Counted from the first letter of the whole stretch, positions 38,717 to 51,372 are shown. The stretch: DNA of 63,446 nt, filler included, from Octopus bimaculoides (GCF_001194135.2; 11 parts of 10 records of this genome joined end to end with filler, not necessarily neighbours in it); one strand, 5' to 3'. Made by a program: numbers and translations. The notes: generated from the letters alone by a model not told the origin.

Positions 38717-38870
38717 GGCGCAGGAGTGACTGTGTGGTAAGTAGCTTGCTTACCAACCACATGGTTCTGGGTTCACCTTGGGCAAGTGTCTTCTACTATA
38801 GCCTCGGGCCGACCAAAGCCTTGTGAGTGAATTTGATAGACGGAAACTGAAAGAAGGCCATCGTATATAT
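38717..38870 (+). mobile_element. SINE family C 5' half (runs into (TA)n and a gap)
   Basis: GGCGCAGGAGTGACTGTGTGGTAAG head through GACGGAAACTGAAAGAAGGCC. Confidence 0.9.
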
Positions 38871-39405
38871 ATATATATATATATATATNNNNNNNNNNNN
38901 NNNNNNNNNNNNNNNNNNNNNNNNNNNNNNNNTTAATTAATTAANNNNNNNNNNNNNNNNNNNNNNNNNNNNNNNNNNNNNNNNNNNNTATATATATATA
39001 TGTATATGTGGGTACAGGAGGTCACCAACTGTGCAAAAACATGAAATACGTAAACAAACGAGTTTATACGTATATATATACGTTTGTATCAGTTTCACAG
39101 AGGTAACATAACCACACCTCATGGTTAAGTATTACTTCTGACAAAAAGGCATCCAAAAAGGTATCTGGAGAATTTCACACAAATTTTGTAAATACAGACT
39201 TTCAATACAAATATAATCTCTACAAAACGTATTCATAGTTACTATGATATGCACCTCAGTTATTTCATACATACTATATGTATGAGATATCTAAGATAAC
39301 ACCCATACACGTATATATATACATATATACATACATGATTGTATGTGAGTGTAGGTATCTATGTGCGTGTATATATAAACATATATAAGCATATATAAGC
39401 ATATA

Positions 39406-39820
39406 GGCGTAGGAGTGGCTGTGTGGTAATTAGCTTGCTTATCAACCACATGATCCCGGGTTCAGTCCCACTGCGTGGCATCTTGAGCAAGTATTTTCTA
39501 CTATAGCCTCGGGCCGACCAAAGCCTTGTGAGTGGATTTGGTAGACGGAAACTGAAAGAAGTCCGTCGTATATATGTATATATATATATATATATGTATG
39601 TGTTTGTGTGTCTGTGTTTGTCCCCCCAACATCGCTTGACAACCGATGCTGGTGTGTTTATGTCCCCGTAACCTAGCGGTTCGGCAAAAGAGACCGATAG
39701 AATAAGTACTAGGCTTCTAAAGAATAAGTCCTGGGGTCGATTTGCTCGACTAAAGGCGGTGCTCCAGCATGGCCACAGTCAAAAGACTGAAACAAGTAAA
39801 AGAGTAAAAGAGTAAAAGAG
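39406..39820 (+). mobile_element. Full-length SINE family C
   Basis: tRNA-like head, CORE-like CTTGAGCAAGT, central (TA)n(TG)n, and (GTAAAAGA)n tail. Confidence 0.94.
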
Positions 39821-39888
39821 ATATATGTATATAAACTGTATATACGTGTGCGCGTGTGTGCGTGTATTTATGTATATGTAGATACATA

Positions 39889-39929
<41 letters not shown>

Positions 39930-40083
39930 AAATATATATATATATATATATTTACACACACACATACATATGTGCGTATGTATATGTATATGTAAGAACA
40001 TATACATGAGTGTGCGTCACGCATATGTTTATGTGTGTGTTCGTATGAGTTTGTATGTATATGAGTGTGTACGTACATACCTG

Positions 40084-40115
<32 letters not shown>

Positions 40116-40196
40116 AGTGTGTGTGTGCATGTATTTATATATATGTACATGCATATGTGTGTATATATATATATATGTATACATAAAAACATATAC

Positions 40197-40227
<31 letters not shown>

Positions 40228-41163
40228 CACACATATGTGCGTATGCATATGTGTATATGAGAACATGTATATGAATGCGCGCGCACGCATATGTTGATGT
40301 GTGTGTGTGTCCATATGAGTATCATGCATATGTATTTGTGTGTGTAAATGTGTACGTGTGGTTGTTTGTACGCCAATGTTTGCTTGTTGAACTGTTGTAA
40401 ATACTTGCGGATAAGGAAGATCAGTAATGGACAACAGTAATGCAAATATTTGATGCTGATCGCGATGCTGCTGCTGCTGTTGATGCTGTTAATATTGATG
40501 ACAATGATAACGACCACGATGACGACGACGACGATGATGATGGATGAGGTTTATGGCTATGGCCCTGATGATGATTGCAAACTTACGACGTTTCGCTAAT
40601 AATCCCTCTTGCCGAGAAAAGATTAAGAAAGGCAGCTTATTAATGCTAATGTTTAGGTAATAACTATCATGTTTGAAACACAATTGCAGTAACATATGCA
40701 AAAGCTGGGAACTGTATAATGAGATAAACACTAACGCAGACATACACACACACATAGATATACATGTATATAAAATATCATATATGTTTATATGCTTATA
40801 TATATATGTAGGAAGAGAAGAGTGAGATAGGTGTATTCATACATCCATATACGCGCGCGCGCGCGCGCGTACACATGTATGTGTGTATGTATGTATATAT
40901 GTATGTATGCATGTATGTATGTATGTATGTATGCTTGTGTGTGTGCGTGTGTATGTGGTAAAATTTGTTATGTCAATTTGCTTTCGCTTGGGGGGAAATG
41001 AATGAGATATTAGGCTTCATGAAAACATATTTCTATATTTATCTCTGTGTGTAAATACATACANNNNNNNNNNNNNNNNNNNNNNNNNNNNNNNNNNNNN
41101 NNNNNNNTTAATTAATTAANNNNNNNNNNNNNNNNNNNNNNNNNNNNNNNNNNNNNNNNNNNN

Positions 41164-41206
<43 letters not shown>

Positions 41207-41559
41207 TATAAGGAAGTGTCTTTCATATATGTGTGAATCATGGTTGGAATGTTTTTGATCACACACTCTCAAACAGAGATATAATTATACACTCATGTAC
41301 TCAGACAGACATGCATGCACACACAAATATACGTGTGTGAATGTATGCATATATATATATATATGAATATATATGCATATATGTATGTATATATTTATAT
41401 ATATATACATATATATGTACATATATGTACGTATATATATATATATATGCATATATATACACACACTCATACATATATACATACATATATAAGGAAGTAT
41501 CTTTAGTATATGTGTAAATCATGGCTGGGGTGCTTTTGACCTCACACAGAAACATGAGT

Positions 41560-41605
<46 letters not shown>

Positions 41606-42734
41606 ATCATTGAGACTTTTTAGCGTTTATAGTCGTGTTCACAGTTGGTCTTATCCGTGAAGATTANNNNNNNNNNNNNNNNNNNNNNNNNNNNNNNNNN
41701 NNNNNNNNNNNNNNNNNNNNNNNNNNNNNNNNNNNNNNNNNNNNNNNNNNNNNNNNNNNNNNNNNNNNNNNNNNNNNNNNNNNNNNNNNNNNNNNNNNNN
41801 NNNNNNNNNNNNNNNNNNNNNNNNNNNNNNNNNNNNNNNNNNNNNNNNNNNNNNNNNNNNNNNNNNNNNNNNNNNNNNNNNNNNNNNNNNNNNNNNNNNN
41901 NNNNNNNNNNNNNNNNNNNNNNNNNNNNNNNNNNNNNNNNNNNNNNNNNNNNNNNNNNNNNNNNNNNNNNNNNNNNNNNNNNNNNNNNNNNNNNNNNNNN
42001 NNNNNNNNNNNNNNNNNNNNNNNNNNNNNNNNNNNNNNNNNNNNNNNNNNNNNNNNNNNNNNNNNNNNNNNNNNNNNNNNNNNNNNNNNNNNNNNNNNNN
42101 NNNNNNNNNNNNNNNNNNNNNNNNNNNNNNNNNNNNNNNNNNNNNNNNNNNNNNNNNNNNNNNNNNNNNNNNNNNNNNNNNNNNNNNNNNNNNNNNNNNN
42201 NNNNNNNNNNNNNNNNNNNNNNNNNNNNNNNNNNNNNNNNNNNNNNNNNNNNNNNNNNNNNNNNNNNNNNNNNNNNNNNNNNNNNNNNNNNNNNNNNNNN
42301 NNNNNNNNNNNNNNNNNNNNNNNNNNNNNNNNNNNNNNNNNNNNNNNNNNNNNNNNNNNNNNNNNNNNNNNNNNNNNNNNNNNNNNNNNNNNNNNNNNNN
42401 NNNNNNNNNNNNNNNNNNNNNNNNNNNNNNNNNNNNNNNNNNNNNNNNNNNNNNNNNNNNNNNNNNNNNNNNNNNNNNNNNNNNNNNNNNNNNNNNNNNN
42501 NNNNNNNNNNNNNNNNNNNNNNNNNNNNNNNNNNNNNNNNNNNNNNNNNNNNNNNNNNNNNNNNNNNNNNNNNNNNNNNNNNNNNNNNNNNNNNNNNNNN
42601 NNNNNNNNNNNNNNNNNCATCGGAAACTGAGTTTTATTATGGCAACCAACTAATTCGCATATTATATTTATAGATAAATTCCTCTATTTTACGAGGTCTC
42701 ATTCATTCTTTTGTTGTCATATTATCATTATTAT

Positions 42735-42776
<42 letters not shown>

Positions 42777-42905
42777 GCACATACAAACTATGGATATTTA
42801 GTTCACACGTGATCTAAACGATTAGGTACGCTAGGTAAGTGGTGTAAAGGATTACTAGGGCTCCAAAGTTATAGCCGAGATGGCAGTTATGGAGCCATTG
42901 CAGAT

Positions 42906-43199
42906 TTATAAGCAATCACCGTGTAGTGACTAAAAGGGTTAGTCAAATATTGGAGCATATAAGCCCTTGATGAGAAAAAGTGAGTTCCGCAGAAAACGCA
43001 CATACTTGTTTAAAAAACAACAATGTGAAATAGTTCTTAAATTGGTACGTTGATATAATGGCATCACATTTATCGTGAATATAAGAGGTGTGGGTTCGAG
43101 TCTCACGCGTACGGAAAATCCACTTTTTTCTCCGTCAAAGATTTATACACCCCAAAATTTGGCTATTTTCTTTAATCACTACACGGTGATCACTCATAA
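42906..43199. mobile_element. MITE-like element: ~80-bp imperfect TIRs enclosing a tRNA-like sequence
   Basis: ATCACCGTGTAGTGA (42915) and TCACTACACGGTGAT (43176-43190) are exact reverse complements; the pairing continues imperfectly inward to GAGAAAAAGTG..TTCCG. A tRNA-like segment lies at 43044-43113. Confidence 0.75.
43044..43113 (+). pseudogene. tRNA-like sequence (not a canonical tRNA gene)
   Basis: GTACGT/GCGTAC acceptor-like pairing, GAT..ATC D-arm, and T arm GTGGG-TTCGAGT-CTCAC; the anticodon loop is irregular (no clear U33). Confidence 0.55.
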
Positions 43200-43762
43200 G
43201 CTTTAAGCTCGTAAAATATTATTTACAGAATTGCCACTCGTCATCGCATCTCAATTCAAAGCAGAAAAACGCACACACAGTCCTGCAGTCGATTTTCTCG
43301 ACTAAAGGCGGTGCTCCAGCATGTCAAATGACTGAAACAAGTAAAAGAGTAAAAAAGAGTAACGAGAGATTCCAAATACCAACTGCTAATTACGATTTAT
43401 TAAGGATTCGAATGATTTAAGCCAGAATTAGGTGACCAGAAAGGGTCTTGAGTACCACGTGACATTTTGTTGACACTTTAGACATGGAGTCTGTGACCTA
43501 GAAACTCATAAATCTGACATGTCAAGAATAATCATCGATAAGTAAAGTGGAACCTAGGTACACTTAGCCACTTCTAAACTGTCCATTGGCTGGATTATTT
43601 CTAGCTTTTTGACTTTAGCATTTTCCAGGTTATACACATATATATATATATATATATATATANNNNNNNNNNNNNNNNNNNNNNNNNNNNNNNNNNNNNN
43701 NNNNNNTTAATTAATTAANNNNNNNNNNNNNNNNNNNNNNNNNNNNNNNNNNNNNNNNNNNN

Positions 43763-43797
<35 letters not shown>

Positions 43798-43827
43798 GAT
43801 AGATAGATATACTACACACACACATAT

Positions 43828-43858
<31 letters not shown>

Positions 43859-44239
43859 ATACGTATGCATATATCAGTTATGATTGCCAAAGTTTACATC
43901 TTTTATCAGTCCAAAACGAATGTGTCAAACTTCACTGCCTGAAATGATAAATCAGTTGAATATATTCTCTCCGTTGTTGCTGTAAAGTGCCTCCACAATC
44001 CTTTCCTGCCGCCATCCTAACACGATAGAGTTTTTCCAGATAATTCAGTCACGCAAAAACGAACGGATCGTTTCTGGTTTTGTTTTGCAGCGAATCTTCA
44101 AAGCACCTCGGCTAAAAAGCTTTTGTTGTCTTGGTTTACATAATATTTTTTGAAGCTTTATAAATTCTAAAACAGCAAGCAGTAACCATCAGTTGAATAG
44201 AAAGAACTGGAATAATTAAATATGTTAATTGGCTTGCAT

Positions 44240-44880
44240 TAGAAAGAGAGGGGAAAGGAGAGAGAGAGGGGGAGGCTAGATGTGGTTATTTACAATGGAG
44301 AGAGACAAAGGGAAGATGTGTATGTTTATGGAGAGAGAGGGGGAGGAGGAATGAGACTTAAGCTCAAGAGAGACTCATTTTAGAGAGAGAGAGGAAAAGA
44401 AAGACATCACTTAGATGGAGAGGTTGTTGATCTTCTAAGAATGTATTTGCCATCTCACAGAGAGAAAGACTCGTATTTCAGACTATCACATTAAACAGAG
44501 AGTGTGAGACTCAAATCAAAGAGAGAGACTATCAGCTTAGAATGAGAGAGAATGAAATAAAGAAAGATTTAATTTAGAAAGAAACTAAAGTTAAAGAGAG
44601 GGAGAGAGTGACAGAGAGAGAGAGAGACTGTTAACTTAGAGAGAGAGACTGTTAACTTAGAGAGAGAGACTGTTAACTTAGAGAGAGAGACTGTTAACTT
44701 AGAGAGAGAGACTGTTAATCTGCTGAGAATGATTCTGTTGACTCACAGACAGAAGACTCACATTGAAGAGAGACTGTCGACTTAGAGAGAGAGGGACAGA
44801 AAGTTAAAGAGTGAGAAAGATAGGAAGGAGAGAGAGAGAGAGAGTCAGAGAGAGACTCAACTTAGAGGGTTTGTCAACTT
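44240..44880. repeat. GA-rich region with a 21-bp minisatellite AGAGAGAGAGACTGTTAACTT (four full copies plus a partial at ~44618-44720)
   Basis: Direct reading; degenerate units at 44770 and 44850. Confidence 0.85.
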
Positions 44881-44989
44881 AAAAAGAAAGAATACAGATC
44901 TATCAAACCCACAGAAATAGTCGCCAAATTTATCTTGAATTACATTCAAGTTTAGTGGTTCTCATTTTTACCTTTTCTTCATGGCATCA

Positions 44990-45150
44990 TCATCATCATC
45001 ATCATTATATTAACATGTAGCGTCCATGCTGGCATGAGTTGGATGGTTCAACAAGATCTGACAAGTCCAGGAACTGCACTGAGGTCAAATATCTGCTTTG
45101 GCCTTGTCTTTACAGTCAGATGCCCTTCCGACTAATGCTGACCACTTTAC
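44990..45150 (-). mobile_element. Degenerate RTE-like 3' tail (family E)
   Basis: (CAT)n followed by CCATGCTGGCATG.GTTGGA and AGATGCCCTTCC; reverse-complement homologue of 60585-60770. Confidence 0.7.
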
Positions 45151-45529
45151 AAAATGGAAATGAATTAAAAAAATAAATACCACTTAGAACACTTTCTCCG
45201 GAAAATGATTTTACAAAAATCTAGTTTTAAAGTTAAAAATTTCAAAACAAATACAGAAAATAGTTGTCCTCTAAATTGTTTTATTAATCAAGATTGCTTT
45301 AACGAGGAACTGGTTGGCCTTTATAGATTCTCTCAATGTCAGGAAATCCAAGCAATAAATCAGGCTCACATTTCTTCCTCAGTTCATTGAAGAGTTCCTC
45401 TTTGTTTTGCATTTAATGTTGCTCACTAAGGATAATCCTAATCCCTGATCTATATAAACACGACACTGAAAATTGAATCTATATGATAAATGTGTGTGTG
45501 TGTGTGTGTGTGCAGGTGTGTGTGTGTAC

Positions 45530-45795
45530 AACTGTGTGGCTTAGTGATTTGGGTTTTGCACTCAGGATTACAAGATCATGATTTCAATTCCTGGTCCAGG
45601 CAGTGCATTGTGTTGTTGAGCAAAACACTTGATCTCACGTTGCCCTGCAATCACTTTGACACCTGATGCATGTGTCACACCTGTGTGCACCTGATCAGGC
45701 AAAGCCAATTTGATGGCAGTGGGGGGGGGGATTAAGCTGATAGACAGCACATACATTTGCTCACTATAAAGAAAGCATTTGTAAGAATTTGCTGA
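45530..45795 (+). mobile_element. SINE family A copy
   Basis: GTGGCTTAGTG A box, GATTTCAATTCC B box, GCATTGTGTTGTTGAGCAAAACACTT, CACTTTGACACCTGATG. Confidence 0.85.
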
Positions 45796-46390
45796 GCCCT
45801 CATCTATTGTTTACAATAGGAGAGTTCACCATGTGCATGTGTATGTGTGTGTGTGTAGAGTTAGCAAAGCTTCGACTGTAGTGTTATATGAGGCAGAAAA
45901 TTATTTCACCACACACTGAAATCGTCACTGATCGTGATAAATGTAAACAAACATGTAAGTTTTTTTTAGTCTTCCTCTCTATGGATAACAAAACACCAAA
46001 ATACAACTTCTGAATCAGTTTTCTCATCGGAGATAAAATGCCAGCATTTGATCTGCCTACAGAGAGAGAGAGAGACATAGCTCTAGGTAATACTTGTATT
46101 TGATCACTAAATGCGATGGGCTTACATAACCAGGCAGTTTGATTTGCATAAATACTGCATCATTTGCATTTTGTTACTGTACACTGACGGTTCTGTTGTG
46201 TTGAAAAAGAAAAGGAAGAGTTTTGATTTACGCCTCACTACTGACATAGCCGAAATTAATGTGGCTTAGTGCATAAATAATTAATTTGAATAAATTAGCA
46301 ACAAAGTACTAGCTAGACATACTAAACTGATTAGTTGAACTAATCATTGCATTTATATATATTTATAAAGAGAAAAACAACTAGTTTTTT

Positions 46391-46432
<42 letters not shown>

Positions 46433-46689
46433 ACACACAAACACACACACATATATATGAGAGATATTGGTATCAAGAAGACACAAGATGGCAGGTAAGG
46501 TTATGTAAGTGCTATGGAAGGACCATAGTTAGAGTTTTGGTTCAATAATAATATGAATGAGGAGTCTAATGTGGGTCTTGTGTGAGCATGTATATGTTAA
46601 ATACAAGGTTGTGTGGAATATTTAGGACATTTATAAAGAGAAAGGTAATTCCACACAGCCTTGGCTTTGTTGTCTCTTTTTATTTAACG

Positions 46690-47010
46690 TGTGTGTGGTG
46701 GGGTGAAGGTGCATGTAAAAAGCCCATCAAAACGTGGCCGATGCCAGTGCTGCCTTGACTGGCTTCCATGCAGGTGGCATGTAAAAAGCACCAACCGATT
46801 GAGGTCGTTGTCAGCCCCCTTCTGGCCCCTGTGCACATAAAAAGCAGCCCCTACACTCTTGGAGTGGTTGGTGTTAGGAAGGGCATCCAGCTGTAGAAAC
46901 ACTGCCAGATCAGACTGGAGCCTAGTGCAGCCTCCTGGCTTCCCAGACCCCAGTAGAACCGTCCAACCCATACCAGCATGGAAAACAAACATTAAACGAT
47001 GATGATGTTG

Positions 47011-47012
<2 letters not shown>
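46690..47012 (+). mobile_element. RTE-like 3' tail (family E) with three internal CAYRTAAAAAGC repeats and a (GAT)n end
   Basis: GTTAGGAAGGGCATCCAGCTGTAGAAAC...GCATGGAAAA...TTAAACGATGATGATG, resembling RTE-clade 3' UTRs. Confidence 0.75.
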
Positions 47013-47045
<33 letters not shown>

Positions 47046-47429
47046 TACATATGTACATGTACACATACATATATATGTATATACATCTATATTTTGACAA
47101 TATATTCTAAAAACACACAGACACACAGTTGGCCATAACCATGAATAGAAACGACCTATTCAATTCAAAAGACTTCTTTGCAATAGAATTCCTGAAACTT
47201 GAACTCTTGAACTCCACCCCGGACCTACCCAGACAAAACATTCATCAAGAGTGACCCGTAAAGTAAAATTACACTATGCATTAAAACTTGGGTACAAATT
47301 GTTAACCCCAATTTTTTTCTCTTTGACTTCCTAAAAAATTTGTTTTCATATTTGATAAGATGGATGCATCGAAACCGATTATATTTTAAATCATACATGG
47401 TAACAAAAATATTAAACATCCTTTAGAAT

Positions 47430-47720
47430 GTACTTTGAGGCATAACTCATCGTAAGGTAAATACCACCATGACCGATATCCAAAATACAGTGGAGAAGGC
47501 TAGCCACTGGATTTGGTTAAAAAGAGACGATGAGCGATGGCTAGAGAAATATTGAGCTTTGTTTTTAATAATCAGTTGATCTAGCAAGCGGGGCCTCATA
47601 TCAGTGAGGGGGCCGGTGCGCATTGATGCCGTCGAGAGGTAGGCCCCGAAACGGCGTGCATTCTCTCCTGATGACCCCATACACTTACTGGCTTCCGGTA
47701 TGCGGAGTTATTGACTGGTA
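47430..47720 (+). mobile_element. R2-Hero-like LINE 3' end (ORF C-terminus plus 3' UTR)
   Basis: Reads GITHRKVNTTMTDIQNTVEKASHWIWLKRDDERWLEKY* (stop 47553-47555), matching the AEKAS.W.WLKR...W end of Hero-type ORFs; a GC-rich UTR follows. Confidence 0.65.
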
Positions 47721-47774
47721 GCACTTGCATGTGCAAGTTGTTTGCAAGACATATATTTTGTGCCTTTTCCAACT

Positions 47775-48030
47775 TTTCTATATTCAAGAGATGAGGAAAT
47801 ATGTACATCATTTACATTTATGGATATTTGTCTTCATCTTGTATGTTGTTAACACGTTTTGGCTGATATACCCTCCAGCCCTCATCAGGTGTCTTGCGGA
47901 AATTTTGAACTTGAGTTCTCATTTCTAAGGTATTTTTCAATGTTATTATTATTATTCAGGTCACTGCCTGGAATTGTACTTGGAATCTTGGGCTTAGTAG
48001 CCCACGCTCTTAACCACTACGCCATAATAA
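47775..48030 (-). mobile_element. SINE family G: tRNA-derived head followed by a hammerhead-like tail
   Basis: Minus strand TATGGCGTAGTGGTTAAGAGCG (A box)...CAAGTACAATTCC (B-box-like), short (AAT)n, body, then GACAC-CTGATGA-G-GGCTG..CAGCC-AAA-ACGT. Homologue at 61740-61990. Confidence 0.82.
47851..47893 (-). ncRNA. Degenerate minimal hammerhead motif within SINE G
   Basis: CUGAUGA intact, 5-bp stem II GGCTG/CAGCC, GAAA>AAAA, ACGT palindrome, and a small deletion at the cleavage site. Confidence 0.55.
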
Positions 48031-48040
48031 TACTAACCAC

Positions 48041-48112
<72 letters not shown>

Positions 48113-48169
48113 ATACATATATATACACATATACAAATATATGCATATATATATTGATGACTTTCCTGT

Positions 48170-48410
48170 CATTAGACACTGAACAACCGCACTGATGATT
48201 TGTTTATACAGATCGAATGTTTGTGTCCACATAGACTCACTCCCACCATCAAATCAACATTACTTGTACAAGTGCACCATGTGCCACATGTCAGATGACA
48301 AAATGATCGCAGAGCAACGTGAAAGGAAGTGCTTTGCTCAAGGACACAACACAACACCCGGTTTGGGATTCGATCCCACTATCTCACAATCGTAAGTGCG
48401 ACACCCTAAC
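48170..48410 (-). mobile_element. SINE family A copy
   Basis: GCAGAGCAACGTGAAAGGAAGTGCTTTGCTCAAGGACACAAC...GGGATTCGATCCC...CACCCTAACC. Confidence 0.82.
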
Positions 48411-49018
48411 CTTGAAGTTAATTTAATGATATTCTTTGCTTGTTGAGGAAACCAGTTTGGGGAACGGCTTTTTTTTTTTACGTTTCTGTCTTTGGAAAGA
48501 GAAAAAGAAAAAAAAATGAAGAGGCATTTGTTTACAATTGCCACAATGCTGCAACAACTTTGATGTGTTGCATAAAAAAGTTTCACCCTCATCTCCAAAC
48601 AATGACTGGTGTAGCAGAAGACAAATACTGTTTAGTGCTTAATTAATTATTTACCTTCAATAAATCTCAGCTAACCACCTGTTATGTAAATGAAATCAAT
48701 CTGTTGAGCAGACTCTATATATATAATAATAATAATAATAAAGGATAAAATCGTTAAAGATTTTATCAGTGGCCAACATATAATATAGACCTATTAAGAT
48801 GAATTTATATAGAGAGATTTATAATAGTATAAAATACAATTATAATTAAAGGCATAGAAAAGACCATGCCAAGGCTGAAAGTAGACTCTAAATCGTCAAA
48901 CCACTTAAAAATTATCACTTTTACAATACACGACAGAATAATCATTGTCTCTTCTATGCCCTTAATAATAATAATTGCCTTTAATACTATTATAAATCTC
49001 TCTTTCTCTCTCTCTCTG

Positions 49019-49070
<52 letters not shown>

Positions 49071-49096
49071 TCTCTCTCTCCACTCANNNNNNNNNN

Positions 49097-49132
<36 letters not shown>

Positions 49133-50454
49133 ATTATGTATAGTTTCAACTTGTAGGTGCAGCTTGGCCAAATCGTTAAGAAGTTCGTTTCGTAACTATG
49201 TAGTGAAGTTTGTAATGTGACTCAAACCCATTCCATGGCATCTATTAGGGAATGGGTTTTTTTTTTTTTTCAGTTCTGTAGCTTCGTGTTAACCCCTATG
49301 TTGCGAGTGCAATTGGGTTGAAGGAAACTTTAGAAATAAATCCCCAAAAGAACAAAAAATACAAAAAAAAAACACAACAACACGAGGACATGGTGCGTGT
49401 AAAGTATTAGCAGATGCTCAGGGAAGGAAAGAAAAGTGGTTTTATGTTTTGAGCAACGCTCTTCTTCAGAAACAGAGGAAAGTCCAATAGAAAAAGAAGA
49501 CGGAGGAAGAAAATCGCCAACGATTCACATGTGGTTACATTTTGAAATGTATGTATGTATGTANNNNNNNNNNNNNNNNNNNNNNNNNNNNNNNNNNNNN
49601 NNNNNNNNNNNNNNNNNNNNNNNNNNNNNNNNNNNNNNNNNNNNNNNNNNNNNNNNNNNNNNNNNNNNNNNNNNNNNNNNNNNNNNNNNNNNNNNNNNNN
49701 NNNNNNNNNNNNNNNNNNNNNNNNNNNNNNNNNNNNNNNNNNNNNNNNNNNNNNNNNNNNNNNNNNNNNNNNNNNNNNNNNNNNNNNNNNNNNNNNNNNN
49801 NNNNNNNNNNNNNNNNNNNNNNNNNNNNNNNNNNNNNNNNNNNNNNNNNNNNNNNNNNNNNNNNNNNNNNNNNNNNNNNNNNNNNNNNNNNNNNNNNNNN
49901 NNNNNNNNNNNNNNNNNNNNNNNNNNNNNNNNNNNNNNNNNNNNNNNNNNNNNNNNNNNNNNNNNNNNNNNNNNNNNNNNNNNNNNNNNNNNNNNNNNNN
50001 NNNNNNNNNNNNNNNNNNNNNNNNNNNNNNNNNNNNNNNNNNNNNNNNNNNNNNNNNNNNNNNNNNNNNNNNNNNNNNNNNNNNNNNNNNNNNNNNNNNN
50101 NNNNNNNNNNNNNNNNNNNNNNNNNNNNNNNNNNNNNNNNNNNNNNNNNNNNNNNNNNNNNNNNNNNNNNNNNNNNNNNNNNNNNNNNNNNNNNNNNNNN
50201 NNNNNNNNNNNNNNNNNNNNNNNNNNNNNNNNNNNNNNNNNNNNNNNNNNNNNNNNNNNNNNNNNNNNNNNNNNNNNNNNNNNNNNNNNNNNNNNNNNNN
50301 NNNNNNNNNNNNNNNNNNNNNNNNNNNNNNNNNNNNNNNNNNNNNNNNNNNNNNNNNNNNNNNNNNNNNNNNNNNNNNNNNNNNNNNNNNNNNNNNNNNN
50401 NNNNNNNNNNNNNNNNNNNNNNNNNNNNNNATATATGTATGAAGTGAAGGTGAG

Positions 50455-50752
50455 TTGCTTAGTGGTTAGGGTACTTGGTTCAGAATGATAAAGTCATGAG
50501 TTCAATTCCTGGCAGCACATTGTAAGTAGGTAAGACATTGCTCCAGTCCACTCGGCTGGCAAAAATGAGTTGTACCTGTATTTCAAAGGGCCAGCCTTGT
50601 CACACTATGTGTCACGCTGAATCTCCCTGAGAACTACGTTAAGAGTACGCATGTGTCTGTGGAGTACTCAGCCACTTGCACGTTAATTTCACAGCAAGCT
50701 GTTCTGTTGATCAGATCGAGTGGAACCCTTGTCATCGTAAGTGACAAAATGC
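50455..50752 (+). mobile_element. SINE family B variant (CORE-like body plus B tail)
   Basis: TTAGTGGTTAGGG, GAGTTCAATTCC, TTGCTCCAGTCCACTCGGCTGGCAAAAATGAG, and CAGCCACTTGCACGTTAATTTCAC tail. Confidence 0.88.
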
Positions 50753-51134
50753 CTTTTTTTTTCTATGAAGCTGAGCCTATATGGGGATCAAGTTAAGAGT
50801 CCATTTGTCCGTGACATTTTCCACCACTTAGACAAGTAATTCAGGAGAAGGTAATTCACTCGATCATGTGACTGAATCCTCACCATCGTATGACAACGAC
50901 CCACTGTAGCTGTTAGCTGTGTTTCAATCCATGGACAGATCAAAAGGTATTTAATTTTGGAGAGAATCAAAATTTGAAACCTGTGAGGTAGAACCATTTT
51001 TTCTTTCTTTCTTTTTTTGCATATCAATAGAAAGAAAGAAAATGTCACTTGTTTATAATTGTCACAATATAGAAACGGTGCTGGTATGTTGAGAGAAAAG
51101 GTTTATTATACAAAACACCATAGCTTCAGCACAT

Positions 51135-51312
51135 GTATGAATAGGTGCTGAAAAGTATAAAAAGGCCTGGTTGGAGACGCAGCCTTCCAAGTTCTTTTAC
51201 GGGGCTCAGAAAAACTGAAGGACCCTTACAATAATGTTGAATAAAATCATAACTACGTGATCCTCCTGTATTTTCTTTTACCCAGAGCCAGGAACTTTAC
51301 AGCACACCGTTG
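51135..51312. mobile_element. Short Tc1/mariner-derived non-autonomous element
   Basis: GGTGCTGAAAAGT at the left and ACTTTACAGCACACC at the right form imperfect TIRs; the interior resembles a mariner subterminal region (from memory). Confidence 0.5.
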
Positions 51313-51325
51313 TGTGCATTGTGTG

Positions 51326-51372
<47 letters not shown>

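Noticed and set aside
49456-49552. Open stretch QRSSSETEESPIEKEDGGRKSPTIHMWLHFE before a gap
   Set aside because: The acceptor is weak, the donor coincides with the start of a (GTAT)n repeat, and no homology was recognised.
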